Shown: piece after piece, positions 26,479-35,675 of the stretch | How positions within the stretch are numbered: position 1 is the first letter of the stretch | Layout of the letters: each line of letters opens with the position of its first letter | NCBI GenBank assembly: GCA_944393125.1 | Contig: CALXZB010000003.1 | Coordinates: 4,693 to 68,692, forward strand | DNA: 64,000 nt | Source: an uncultured Clostridia bacterium | GTDB lineage: Bacteria > Bacillota > Clostridia > TANB77 > CAG-508 | Reading direction: 5' to 3' | Program-made: the position numbers and the translations under genes | Notes under the pieces: generated by a model | The model's database searches: none | What the model was told of the DNA's origin: nothing | Seen by the model: only the letters and a program-made list of their open reading frames with translations

Positions 26479-26643
26479 ATGTCAGAAAAAGAATTATTAG
26501 AGAAAATAGAAAGATTAGAAAAAAGAATTTCAAAGCTTGAAAAAGAAGTAGGATATATAAAAGAAGATATATATGAATTTGTTGAAGATGATGAACAATG
26601 TACAGGAAATTGTTCTCATTGCAGTGGATGTGAAGAAGAATAA
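26479..26643 (+). CDS. 54-aa coiled-coil protein with a C-terminal CX3CX2CX2C cluster
   Basis: MSEKELLEKIERLEKRISKLEKEVGYIKEDIYEFVEDDEQCTGNCSHCSGCEEE. RBS AAAAGGAGA. Followed by a hairpin at about 26679-26706. Below the ORF-track cutoff. Confidence 0.5.
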   Translation: MSEKELLEKIERLEKRISKLEKEVGYIKEDIYEFVEDDEQCTGNCSHCSGCEEE

Positions 26644-26820
26644 AAGATGAATGATTTTACATACTTATACTGATGAAATAGGAGGGATATACCCTTCTAT
26701 TTTTGTATTATAAAAAGAATTTAATTCGTTTAATAATTAAGAAAAACTTGAGAATATTTAAAATATATAATATAATAACATTACTAAAGATTAAATCTTG
26801 TAAAGGATGAAAGATTAAGA

Positions 26821-27459
26821 ATGAATATATTAAAACCACAAAAAATAGTATATGAAGAACTAAAAATTATAGAAAATTTCCAAGAAGAAATAAAAGAAAA
26901 AGATGAATTTGAAAATATTATTATTCAAAATTACAAAGAGCAAAATATAAGACTAAATGATATTACTATTAAAAAATCAATAATAAATAATGTTGAATTT
27001 ATAAATAGTAAATTAGAAAAAAATACATTTATAGATATACAATTTAATAATTGCAATTTTTCAAATACATTTTTTGATAATTGTACTTTTATAAGATGTG
27101 AATTTAATAATTGTAAATTAACAGGATGCAGTTTATATGAAAATGAATTAAGTGATATATGTTTTATTGATAGTAATTTGAATTATATAAATATATCTAT
27201 GACCAATATTAAAAATTCGTTATTTAATAAAGTTTCATTAAGAACTAGTAATTTTCAAGAAAATAAAATTAAAAATATGTTACTTAAAGAAGTGGACTTA
27301 ACACAAACTCAATTTTTTAAGACATCTTTAAATGGAATTGATTTATCTCAAAGTATAATTGAAGGAATTGCAGTATCACTTGAAGATATAAGAGGTGCAA
27401 TAATTGATTCATTTCAAGCAATAAACTTATTATACTTATTAGGTGTAAAGATAAAGTAG
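26821..27459 (+). CDS. pentapeptide-repeat protein
   Basis: Long run of A(D/N)LxX-type pentads (NNCNFSNTFFDNCTFIRCEFNNCKLTGCSLYENELSD...). Confidence 0.85.
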   Translation: MNILKPQKIVYEELKIIENFQEEIKEKDEFENIIIQNYKEQNIRLNDITIKKSIINNVEFINSKLEKNTFIDIQFNNCNFSNTFFDNCTFIRCEFNNCKLTGCSLYENELSDICFIDSNLNYINISMTNIKNSLFNKVSLRTSNFQENKIKNMLLKEVDLTQTQFFKTSLNGIDLSQSIIEGIAVSLEDIRGAIIDSFQAINLLYLLGVKIK

Positions 27460-27469
27460 GAGGTATAAA

Positions 27470-27721
27470 ATGATTAGAATAGAATTCGATAAAGAAAATA
27501 ATAGAACATTAGCTTATGATAATGAAAAAAAGATTGGAGAATGCGTATTTGTAGAAGATGATAAATTTTGGAATATAGTGCATACAGAAGTAAATAATTC
27601 ATACCAAGGACAAGGTATTGCTAAAAAGTTAGTAGAAAATGTTATTAAAGAAGCTAGTAGATATAATAAAAATGTAATAGCAGAATGTTCTTATGCAAAA
27701 AGAGTTATAGAAAAAATATAA
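27470..27721 (+). CDS. small GNAT-like (YjdJ-type) acetyltransferase-fold protein
   Basis: 83 aa with [20 protein letters not shown]...[17 protein letters not shown]. Confidence 0.65.
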   Translation: MIRIEFDKENNRTLAYDNEKKIGECVFVEDDKFWNIVHTEVNNSYQGQGIAKKLVENVIKEASRYNKNVIAECSYAKRVIEKI

Positions 27722-27747
27722 CAAAAAATAAATATGAGGAGAAAAAT

Positions 27748-29710
27748 ATGTTTAAATTACACTCAGATTATAAACCAACAGGAGATCAGCCTAAAGCAAT
27801 AGAATATTTATCAAAAGGAATACAAGAAGGTAAGAAATTTCAAACACTTTTAGGAGTTACTGGATCTCGGAAAAACTTTTACAATGGCAAATATAATAGA
27901 AAAAGTACAGAAACCAACACTTGTTTTAGCACATAATAAAACTTTAGCAGGGCAGTTATATTCAGAGTTTAAAGAATTCTTCCCAGAGAACAATGTTGAG
28001 TATTTTGTGTCATATTATGATTATTATCAGCCAGAAAGCTATATTGCACAATCAGATACATATATAGAAAAAGATGCATCAATAAATGATGAAATAGATA
28101 AATTAAGACATTCAGCAACAGCATCATTATTTGAAACAAAAGATGTAATAATAGTAGCATCAGTATCTTGTATATATGGATTAGGAGATCCTATAGATTA
28201 TGAAAATATGATAGTGTCATTAAGACCAGGAATGCAAGTTTCAAGAGATAAAATATTAAAAAAATTAGTAAATATGCAGTATTCAAGAAATGAATTAGAC
28301 TTTAAAAGAGGAACTTTTAGAGCTAAAGGGGATATTGCAGAAATTTATCCATCAGACACAAGTGAATCTGCAATAAGAGTTGAATTTTGGGGAGATGAAA
28401 TAGAAAAAATAGTAGAAATAAATCCATTAACAGGCAAAGCAATAGGAACAAGGCAACATGTAATGATATTTCCAAATTCACATTATGTTACATCAAAAGA
28501 AAAGATGGAAAGAGCAATAAAAACAATAGAACAAGAAATGGAAGAAAGGGTGGAATACTTTAAAAGTCAAAACAAATTGATTGAAGCACAACGTATTCAA
28601 GAAAGAACAAATTTTGATATAGAGATGATGAAAGAAACTGGATTCTGCCAAGGAATAGAGAACTATTCTAGGCATATAAGCGGTAGAGAACCAGGAAGCC
28701 CACCATTTACACTATTTGATTATTTTCCAGATGATTTCTTATTACTTATTGATGAATCACATGCAACTATTCCACAAGTAAGAGCAATGTACAATGGAGA
28801 TAGAGCTCGTAAAGATTCGCTTGTAAAATATGGTTTTAGACTTCCATCAGCATATGATAACAGGCCTCTTACATTTAATGAATTTGAAGAAAGAATAAAT
28901 CAAGTAGTGTTTGTAAGTGCAACACCGGCAGATTATGAAAAAGAACATTCAGGAGATAATGTTGTAGAACAAATTATTAGACCTACTGGATTATTAGACC
29001 CAATAGTAGAAGTTAAACCAGTAACAAATCAAATTGATGATTTATTAGAACAAATTAGAAAAAGAGTTGAAAAACAAGAAAGAGTTTTAGTAACTACTTT
29101 AACCAAAAAAATGGCAGAAGACTTAACAGAGTATTTGAAAGAATTAGATATTAAAGTAAATTATATACATTCAGATACCAAAGCATTAGAAAGGTTAGAA
29201 ATAATACGTAAACTTCGTTTAGGAGAATTTGATGTATTAGTAGGAATAAATTTGCTAAGAGAAGGTCTTGATATTCCGGAAGTTTCTTTAGTTGCAATAT
29301 TAGATGCAGACAAAGAAGGATTTTTGCGTTCAGAACGTTCTCTAATTCAAACAATAGGACGTGCTGCTAGAAATACAGAAGGAACAGTAATTATGTATGC
29401 AGATGAACTTACAGATTCTATGGAAAAAGCGATTAGGGAAACTAATAGAAGACGCGCAATTCAAGAAAATTATAATAAAGAACATAATATAACACCAAAA
29501 ACTATTAAAAAATCTGTACGAGATTCAATAAAAGTTACTCAAACAGAAAATATTGGTGTTGAATTTAAAATGGAAAATGAAGAGGATATTAAGGAAACTA
29601 TAAATAAATTAACTGATGAAATGCTTGAATTTGCAAGTAAAATGGAATTTGAACAAGCTGCAGAAGTAAGGGATAAAATCAAAGAATTAGAAAAACTTTT
29701 AAATAATTAA
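27748..29710 (+). pseudogene. uvrB: excinuclease ABC subunit B, disrupted by a +1 insertion inside the Walker A motif
   Basis: ORFs 27748-27936 and 27884-29710 are both UvrB. Removing C27868 restores [32 protein letters not shown]. Confidence 0.85.
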
Positions 29711-29727
29711 AAAAATTTAAAAAAGTA

Positions 29728-29756
29728 TTGACAAAGAAATGCTTAAAGTGTATAAT
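29728..29756 (+). promoter_or_regulatory. consensus sigma-A promoter of tRNA-Tyr
   Basis: TTGACA, 17-nt spacer with TG, TATAAT. Confidence 0.65.
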
Positions 29757-29775
29757 AAATAAGCGTTAAGCATTT

Positions 29776-29861
29776 GGACAGGTGGCCGAGTGGCTAAAGG
29801 CGGCAGACTGTAAATCTGTTCTCATTTGAGTACGATGGTTCGAATCCATCCCTGTCCACCA
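29776..29861 (+). tRNA. tRNA-Tyr (anticodon GUA) with long variable arm and encoded CCA
   Basis: Acceptor GGACAGG/CCTGTCC, anticodon loop CTGTAAA, T-arm GATGG-TTCGAAT-CCATC, and a class II variable arm. Confidence 0.93.
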
Positions 29862-29895
29862 AAAGATTAAATCGTCGCACTCGACGAAAACCAAG

Positions 29896-29924
29896 AAATC
29901 AACTGTAAAAGGTTGATTTTTTAT
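29896..29924 (+). terminator. terminator after tRNA-Tyr
   Basis: Stem AAATCAAC/GTTGATTT followed by TTTATT. Confidence 0.6.
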
Positions 29925-30197
29925 TGCCTTTTATAAAAAAGAATGGATGGTGTGATATGACAAGTATCATATGTAACAAACTGATAGAAATAAAATGGCT
30001 TTATATTTATTTAATAATGTATTAAGAACATGCTATATTTGTAATTTCTATTAATTTATGGTATAATATAAAGTGATATAAGTAAAACTTGTGTCATTTA
30101 CCTCTTTTTCACTAATTAGTGAGAGGGATTATCCTCTAACTTTTTAGCTAAACATATATATATAAAGCAACAATAAAAGAAATTTAGGAGGATTATT

Positions 30198-30470
30198 ATG
30201 GTAGTATTTTTTGACGGTTATATGCTTTTGGAGATTATTAATTTAATCATTTGCGTTGTCTTTTTTCCTCTTATCTTCTTTCGTAGAAGTGAAAATTGGA
30301 ACAAAACACTGCGGTTATGCTTGATAAGTGCATTAGTAATCATCAACTTGTTCAGGATTGCTATGAATGCTCAGCTTGATAAATCAAATGATTTAAATAT
30401 TTTTGCGGTAATTCTTTGTTTTATCGATGCTTTGCTAATATCATTTAAACTGGGCAGAGATAGCCATTAA
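30198..30470 (+). CDS. small three-TM membrane protein, 90 aa, orphan
   Basis: Strong RBS TAGGAGG and hydrophobic helices. No recognisable motif. Confidence 0.55.
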   Translation: MVVFFDGYMLLEIINLIICVVFFPLIFFRRSENWNKTLRLCLISALVIINLFRIAMNAQLDKSNDLNIFAVILCFIDALLISFKLGRDSH

Positions 30471-30889
30471 ACTACCAAAAAAAGAAATTATTTCTTTTCC
30501 TCGCAAGAGGTTTCTTTTTTGTGTTTTATTAAAAGTGTGACATTGAAATTTTATATTGCATTTTATAAATGTGATATCCTTTAATAAATTGATTGATATT
30601 TGTATCAATCGTCAAGAGAGCTAAAAAGTTGTAGATACTATTTCAAAGGCACAATTTTTTTACCGTAGAAATCTTGAAAAAACAATGATTTTACGGTTTT
30701 AAATTTGCAATTTTAATGCAACTAATTGAAAACATTCATACAAAATGAATAAGTAAAACAATTGATTTTTTAGGGAAAAGTGTGTTATACTTATTCTTAA
30801 TCTCTAAAGAGAAATTGTATTTAAAAGGAGGCATAATTATGCTTTAGTGTTAGTACTTCACACCAATTATTTGGAAAAGGAGCTTGACA

Positions 30890-31420
30890 ATGTATAAAAA
30901 AAGGATTGAAATGACTTATGAGCAGGCTGCAAAAATTGCATCAGATATGCTTGATGTACTTGAAGTAGTATATGAGATTTACCCACTTAGTTTATGCACA
31001 TCCATAGAAAATGGAGAAACTACAGTAAAAACTTTTGAATTTTCTCGTGAAAGTGTTACTCTTAAAACATCCTTTACTCCAAGAGTAAATAGGGAGTACT
31101 GTGGTAGTAATCTTTACAAGATTGTCCGTAATAATCGTCGTTTTGAGATAACACTTTTTGGCGAACCTGACGAATTGGGTTACATATCAATGCTTCCGTT
31201 CTCAGAATATGACCCTGAAACATATGTCGTTTTTGACATTGTTGAAAAAAGATCTAATGGCAATGTAAAATATGAAATGGTCTTTGGAGTTGATATCGAA
31301 AAACGCATATTTTTAGAACTTTTTGAACTCGTTCACTATAATGTAAATGATATTCTTAGAGAATATCCTAATTTGAATTCTAGGTTGGAAACTGAATTAA
31401 AAAATACTGTTGTCATTTAG
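30890..31420 (+). CDS. hypothetical protein, 176 aa, orphan
   Basis: ATG at 30890 lies behind AAAGGAG (the ORF-track start at 30884 is TTG). Followed by terminator 31430-31466. Confidence 0.55.
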   Translation: MYKKRIEMTYEQAAKIASDMLDVLEVVYEIYPLSLCTSIENGETTVKTFEFSRESVTLKTSFTPRVNREYCGSNLYKIVRNNRRFEITLFGEPDELGYISMLPFSEYDPETYVVFDIVEKRSNGNVKYEMVFGVDIEKRIFLELFELVHYNVNDILREYPNLNSRLETELKNTVVI

Positions 31421-31589
31421 CTAACACAAAAGCTGTATTTGTATTAATAACAAGTACAGCTTTTTCTATGTATTCAAAATCACATATATCTTTTAAATCA
31501 AAGAATGCATAGTTATACCAAAGTACAAAAAAACAACTTTGCAAAAAAAAGTAGAAAAATAGAAGTTTTTGCAATCACGTTGCAAAAAC

Positions 31590-31618
31590 TTGACAAAATT
31601 ATTAAATGAGATTATAAT
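31590..31618 (+). promoter_or_regulatory. consensus promoter of the AAA ATPase gene, abutted by a palindromic operator-like site
   Basis: TTGACA, 17-nt spacer, TATAAT. The palindrome TTTTTGCAA-N5-TTGCAAAAA at 31566-31588 lies immediately upstream. Confidence 0.55.
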
Positions 31619-31637
31619 TAGACTAGGTGATGTAAAA

Positions 31638-32828
31638 ATGATAAATAGAGATGATTATTTAAACAAATTGATAAGATTTAGAGATAAAGAACTAATCAAA
31701 GTTATAACAGGAATAAGAAGATGTGGTAAATCAACATTATTTGATTTATACATAAATTATTTACTACAAAATGGTGTTAAAGAAGAACAAATAATAAGAT
31801 TAAATTTAGAAGATCCAGTTTATTATGAACTAGATAATTATTTAAAATTATACAATTATATCAAAGAAAAAATGAAATCAGATAAGATGAACTATATATT
31901 TATTGATGAAGTTCAAAATGTTCAAGAATTTCAAAAAGCAGTTGATGGATTATACATTCAAAAGAATACAGACATTTATATAACGGGTTCAAATGCATAT
32001 TTATTATCTGGAGAACTTGCAACTTTATTATCTGGAAGATATGTAGAAATAAAAATGTTGCCACTATCATTTAAAGAATACAGATTAGCTCTTCCAAATG
32101 AAAATATAGATATACTTTATCAAAAATATATATCAATAGGTTCTTTTCCATATGCATTAAAATTAGAAAATGTGGATGATATAGATATGTATATCAAAGG
32201 AATATATGATTCAATAATATTAAAAGATATTATGGCAAGAAAGAATTTTCAAGATATGCAAATGTTACAAAGTATAATTAATTTTATGCTAGATAATATA
32301 GGTAATTTATATTCAAGAAATAAAATAGCAGATACAATGACATCAAATGGAAGAAAAATTAGTGTGCATACTGTAGAAAGTTATTTGACAGCATTAACTG
32401 AAAGCTTTATATTATATAAAGCAAATAGATATGATGTAAAAGGAAAACAATACTTAAAAACAGGAGATAAATATTATGTCGCAGATTTAGGATTAAGATA
32501 TTTTTTATTAGGTAGAAAAGAGCAAGGAAAAGGTCATATACTTGAAAATGTTGTATATTTAGAACTTTTGAGAAGAGGATATGATGTTTATATAGGTAAA
32601 GTAGATGATTGTGAAGTTGATTTTGTGGCTATAAATAGTAAAGGTATTGAATATTATCAAGTATCAGAAACAGTAATAGATGAAAATACTTTAAAAAGAG
32701 AATTGAGACCGTTAGAGATGATTAAAGATCATTATCCAAAGTATTTATTAACAAAAGATTTTGTTCCAGAAACTACATATAATGGAATAAGAAAAATTAA
32801 TGTTTTAGACTGGTTATTAGAAAAATAA
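31638..32828 (+). CDS. AAA+ ATPase of the AAA_14/DUF4143 (COG1373) type
   Basis: Walker A GIRRCGKST, Walker B IFIDEVQ, and a C-terminal restriction-endonuclease-like region (CEVDFVA). Start at ATG 31638. Confidence 0.8.
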   Translation: MINRDDYLNKLIRFRDKELIKVITGIRRCGKSTLFDLYINYLLQNGVKEEQIIRLNLEDPVYYELDNYLKLYNYIKEKMKSDKMNYIFIDEVQNVQEFQKAVDGLYIQKNTDIYITGSNAYLLSGELATLLSGRYVEIKMLPLSFKEYRLALPNENIDILYQKYISIGSFPYALKLENVDDIDMYIKGIYDSIILKDIMARKNFQDMQMLQSIINFMLDNIGNLYSRNKIADTMTSNGRKISVHTVESYLTALTESFILYKANRYDVKGKQYLKTGDKYYVADLGLRYFLLGRKEQGKGHILENVVYLELLRRGYDVYIGKVDDCEVDFVAINSKGIEYYQVSETVIDENTLKRELRPLEMIKDHYPKYLLTKDFVPETTYNGIRKINVLDWLLEK

Positions 32829-32999
32829 ATACTAAAAATTGTGTGCAAAATTATGTAAAATTATAACAAAGTAAAACAGATGATGTTGAAAAAAAACACA
32901 TAAAAATGTTATAATTAATACAATAATAGTTGTATTTTGTGTGTATTTCATGCAAAAAACTATTAAATAATGAATAATTTTTTGAAAGGAACATGTGTT

Positions 33000-33512
33000 A
33001 TGCGGAAGAAAGTCATTTTAGTAGCTGTATTAATCGTGGCCATTGTTGCTATTGCCGGAGGGATTTATTTCTTTGGCGAAGGTGGAACAGAAAATGTTCT
33101 TACACCAGAGGAATTGCCCGTGGTGGGGAATGTAAATGTGAGTTTGCCGGAAGAACCGGCAGTGTTCAACAAAGAAGAAAACAGTAGCGAAGACATCATT
33201 AAATTTGTTTTTAAAGATTTTGCGGGAGCTTGTGTATACTCGCTGAATCAGAGAAATTTTGTGATGACAGAAAACTCAGATGAAGAAAAAGTTGCTTGTT
33301 ATTTGGAATGTGTAACTAAAGAAAATTGTATTCCTATAGCAATAACAACAACGGGAAATTATATGATTTTCCAAACTGAACAAGGCGAAAAAATTGCAGT
33401 ACAAACGGAAAAAGCCCAAACGGAAATATTAATCGAAGAAAAAGACCCCATAGCATTTGATGACTTACCGGAACAAGAAAAAAATTCATTATTTGAACTG
33501 ATTGAAGAATAA
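33000..33512 (+). CDS. signal-anchored acidic hypothetical protein, 170 aa, GC-elevated
   Basis: MRKKVILVAVLIVAIVAIAGG anchor. About 40-43% GC on sampled lines. Hairpin at 33523-33555. Confidence 0.55.
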   Translation: MRKKVILVAVLIVAIVAIAGGIYFFGEGGTENVLTPEELPVVGNVNVSLPEEPAVFNKEENSSEDIIKFVFKDFAGACVYSLNQRNFVMTENSDEEKVACYLECVTKENCIPIAITTTGNYMIFQTEQGEKIAVQTEKAQTEILIEEKDPIAFDDLPEQEKNSLFELIEE

Positions 33513-33642
33513 TTCAGTCAATAATAGGCCTACTCTTACAGAGTGGGTCTATTACATATTATAAATTTTTAAATAAAGATATTTATTTTGCTGAAAAAAT
33601 GTGATAAAATAGCACATAATAAAAAATAGAAAGGTAACAAAA

Positions 33643-35055
33643 ATGGAAACAACACAAGAAATAGAAAAACAAAAACAATACATAGAAAAAGTAAAAAACA
33701 TAAATAAAAATAAGAACTTAAAATATTACATACTAACAATGGGATGTCAATTAAATGAGAATGATTCTGAAAAACTATGTGGAATGATAGAACAAATGAA
33801 TTATAAACAAACAGAAAATTATCAAGAAGCGGATTTAGTTGTATTTAACACATGTTGTGTAAGAGAAAACGCAGAAGATAAGCTGTTTGGAAAATTAGGA
33901 GAATTAAAAAGAATAAAAGAGCAAAAAGAAACAATTATAGCAATAGGTGGATGTATGATGCAAGAAAAGCACATAACAGACAAAATACATGAAAGTTATC
34001 CATATACAGATATAATATTTGGAACACATACATTACACAAATTTCCAGAAGATTTATATAAAATATTAGAAACAAAAAAGAAAATGCAAGATGTAATAGA
34101 TATTGAAGGAGAAGTGTATGAAGGACTTCCAATAAAAAGAACAAGTAATATAAAAGCATCAGTAACAATAATGTATGGTTGTAACAATTTTTGCACATAT
34201 TGTATAGTTCCATATGTAAGAGGAAGAGAAAGAAGTAGACAGCCAAAAGACATAATAGAAGAAATAGAACAACTTGCAAAAGAAGGATACAAGGAAATTA
34301 CATTATTAGGTCAAAATGTTAATTCATATTTAAGAGCAGAAAAATGGAAAGAAAATAACATAAACTATAATGGAATCAACTCTTTTGCAACATTATTAAG
34401 AGCAATAAATAAAATAGAAGGAATAGAAAGAATACGTTTTGTATCTCCACATCCAAAAGACTTCACAGATGATGTAATAGATGCAATAGCAGAATCTGAA
34501 AAAATATGTAAATTAATACATCTACCACTTCAATCTGGAAGCAGTAATATATTAAAAACAATGAATAGAAAATATACAAAAGAACAATATTTAAAATTAG
34601 TTGAAAAAATGAAAAATAAGATTCAAAACTTAACTCTCTCAACAGACATAATTGTTGGTTTCCCAGGAGAAACAGAAGAAGATTTTGAAGATACATTAGA
34701 TGTAGTAAGAAAAGTATGTTTTGAACAAGTATATATGTTTATTTATTCAAGAAGAGTGGGAACGCCAGGTGATAAGATGGAAAATCAAATTCCAGAAGAA
34801 ATAAAGCACAAAAGATTTAATAGACTAAAAGAATTAGTAGAAAGTCAAATTGCAGAAAATAATCAAAAATATATAGGAACAATGCAAAAAGTTTTAGTAG
34901 AAGGACCTAGTAAAAACAATCCAGAACTCTTAACAGGAAGAACAGATAGTAACAAAGTAGTTATTTTTGAGGGAACACCTGAGTTAAAAGACAATATAGT
35001 TGACTTAAAAATTATTTCAGAACATATGTGGTATTTAAAAGGAGAAATAATATAA
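33643..35055 (+). CDS. miaB: tRNA-i6A37 methylthiotransferase
   Basis: Radical-SAM CNNFCTYC plus UPF0004 and TRAM regions. Confidence 0.93.
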   Translation: METTQEIEKQKQYIEKVKNINKNKNLKYYILTMGCQLNENDSEKLCGMIEQMNYKQTENYQEADLVVFNTCCVRENAEDKLFGKLGELKRIKEQKETIIAIGGCMMQEKHITDKIHESYPYTDIIFGTHTLHKFPEDLYKILETKKKMQDVIDIEGEVYEGLPIKRTSNIKASVTIMYGCNNFCTYCIVPYVRGRERSRQPKDIIEEIEQLAKEGYKEITLLGQNVNSYLRAEKWKENNINYNGINSFATLLRAINKIEGIERIRFVSPHPKDFTDDVIDAIAESEKICKLIHLPLQSGSSNILKTMNRKYTKEQYLKLVEKMKNKIQNLTLSTDIIVGFPGETEEDFEDTLDVVRKVCFEQVYMFIYSRRVGTPGDKMENQIPEEIKHKRFNRLKELVESQIAENNQKYIGTMQKVLVEGPSKNNPELLTGRTDSNKVVIFEGTPELKDNIVDLKIISEHMWYLKGEII

Positions 35056-35675
35056 TGCAAAAAAGAAAAATAGAAGATAGTGCAATTTTTCAATCATATA
35101 GTAGAATAATGTCAGGAGAAAGTCTAACTGCAGTAGCAAAAGAAATGAAATTAGACAGAGGAACATTAAGAAATTATATTAAGACAGTAGTAGAACCTGA
35201 ATTAGATGAAACACAAAGAGAAAAGTTTTATAAAATGATTAATCGAAATTATAGAGGTAATTCTACTGAAAATAAAAGAAAAAACAGAAATGGTAAAAAG
35301 AAAATAAACGATAGTGAGTTAATAGAAAAATTAGCAAGCTATGGAGTAACTCCTCAAGAAACAGAGGATTTATATGAAATATTAAGAAAAAATAAAAGAA
35401 CACAATATGTTAGAGATACATATATTTATAAATGCTTAGAACATTTAGAAACTTTAACTGAATTAGGATTTTCAACAAAAGAAATATTTAGTATTTTTAT
35501 GCAACGCCCTAAATTATTTTCGGGAAATGCAAGCAAAATGGTAGAAATATATAATATATATCTTAGAAAATTCCAAAATCAAGCATTAGCAAGACAAAAA
35601 ATGATTGAAGACCCATGGGAAGACTTAGAAACAGATAAAACTTCAAAAAAAGTTGAAGATGGAGGTGAAAGATAA
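35055..35675 (+). CDS. hypothetical helix-turn-helix protein, 206 aa, translationally coupled between miaB and mutS
   Basis: TAATG overlap with the miaB stop and ATAATG overlap with the mutS start. HTH-like SLTAVAKEMKLDRGTLRNYIK. Confidence 0.65.
   Translation: MQKRKIEDSAIFQSYSRIMSGESLTAVAKEMKLDRGTLRNYIKTVVEPELDETQREKFYKMINRNYRGNSTENKRKNRNGKKKINDSELIEKLASYGVTPQETEDLYEILRKNKRTQYVRDTYIYKCLEHLETLTELGFSTKEIFSIFMQRPKLFSGNASKMVEIYNIYLRKFQNQALARQKMIEDPWEDLETDKTSKKVEDGGER

Noticed and set aside
27685-27747. N-terminal extension of the first uvrB ORF (start at 27685, overlapping the GNAT gene end)
   Set aside because: The canonical UvrB N-terminus [15 protein letters not shown] begins at ATG 27748, which is preceded by GAGGAG. 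The upstream codons are read-through of the intergenic region.
30101-30150. Alternative hairpins (CCTCT...AGAGG versus AGAGG...CCTCT plus T-run, with inner palindrome CACTAATTAGTG) in the roughly 125-nt leader of the 90-aa membrane-protein gene, possibly an attenuator
   Set aside because: The stems are only 5 bp and the U-tract is weak. Such pairings arise easily by chance. This would need Term-seq or covariation support.
30839-30847. Two-codon mini-ORF ATG CTT TAG behind a strong RBS (AAAAGGAGG), 40 nt upstream of the 176-aa orphan gene
   Set aside because: It is too short to evaluate. It may be a remnant of a truncated gene or a chance RBS, and nothing in the sequence alone supports a function.
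29862-33640. Direct repeat of the tRNA-Tyr 3' end that would mark an att site for the islet
   Set aside because: I found no copy of the 3' tRNA segment (GGTTCGAATCCATCCCTGTCCACCA or a substantial part of it) by eye in the islet, so a classical integrative-element boundary cannot be claimed.
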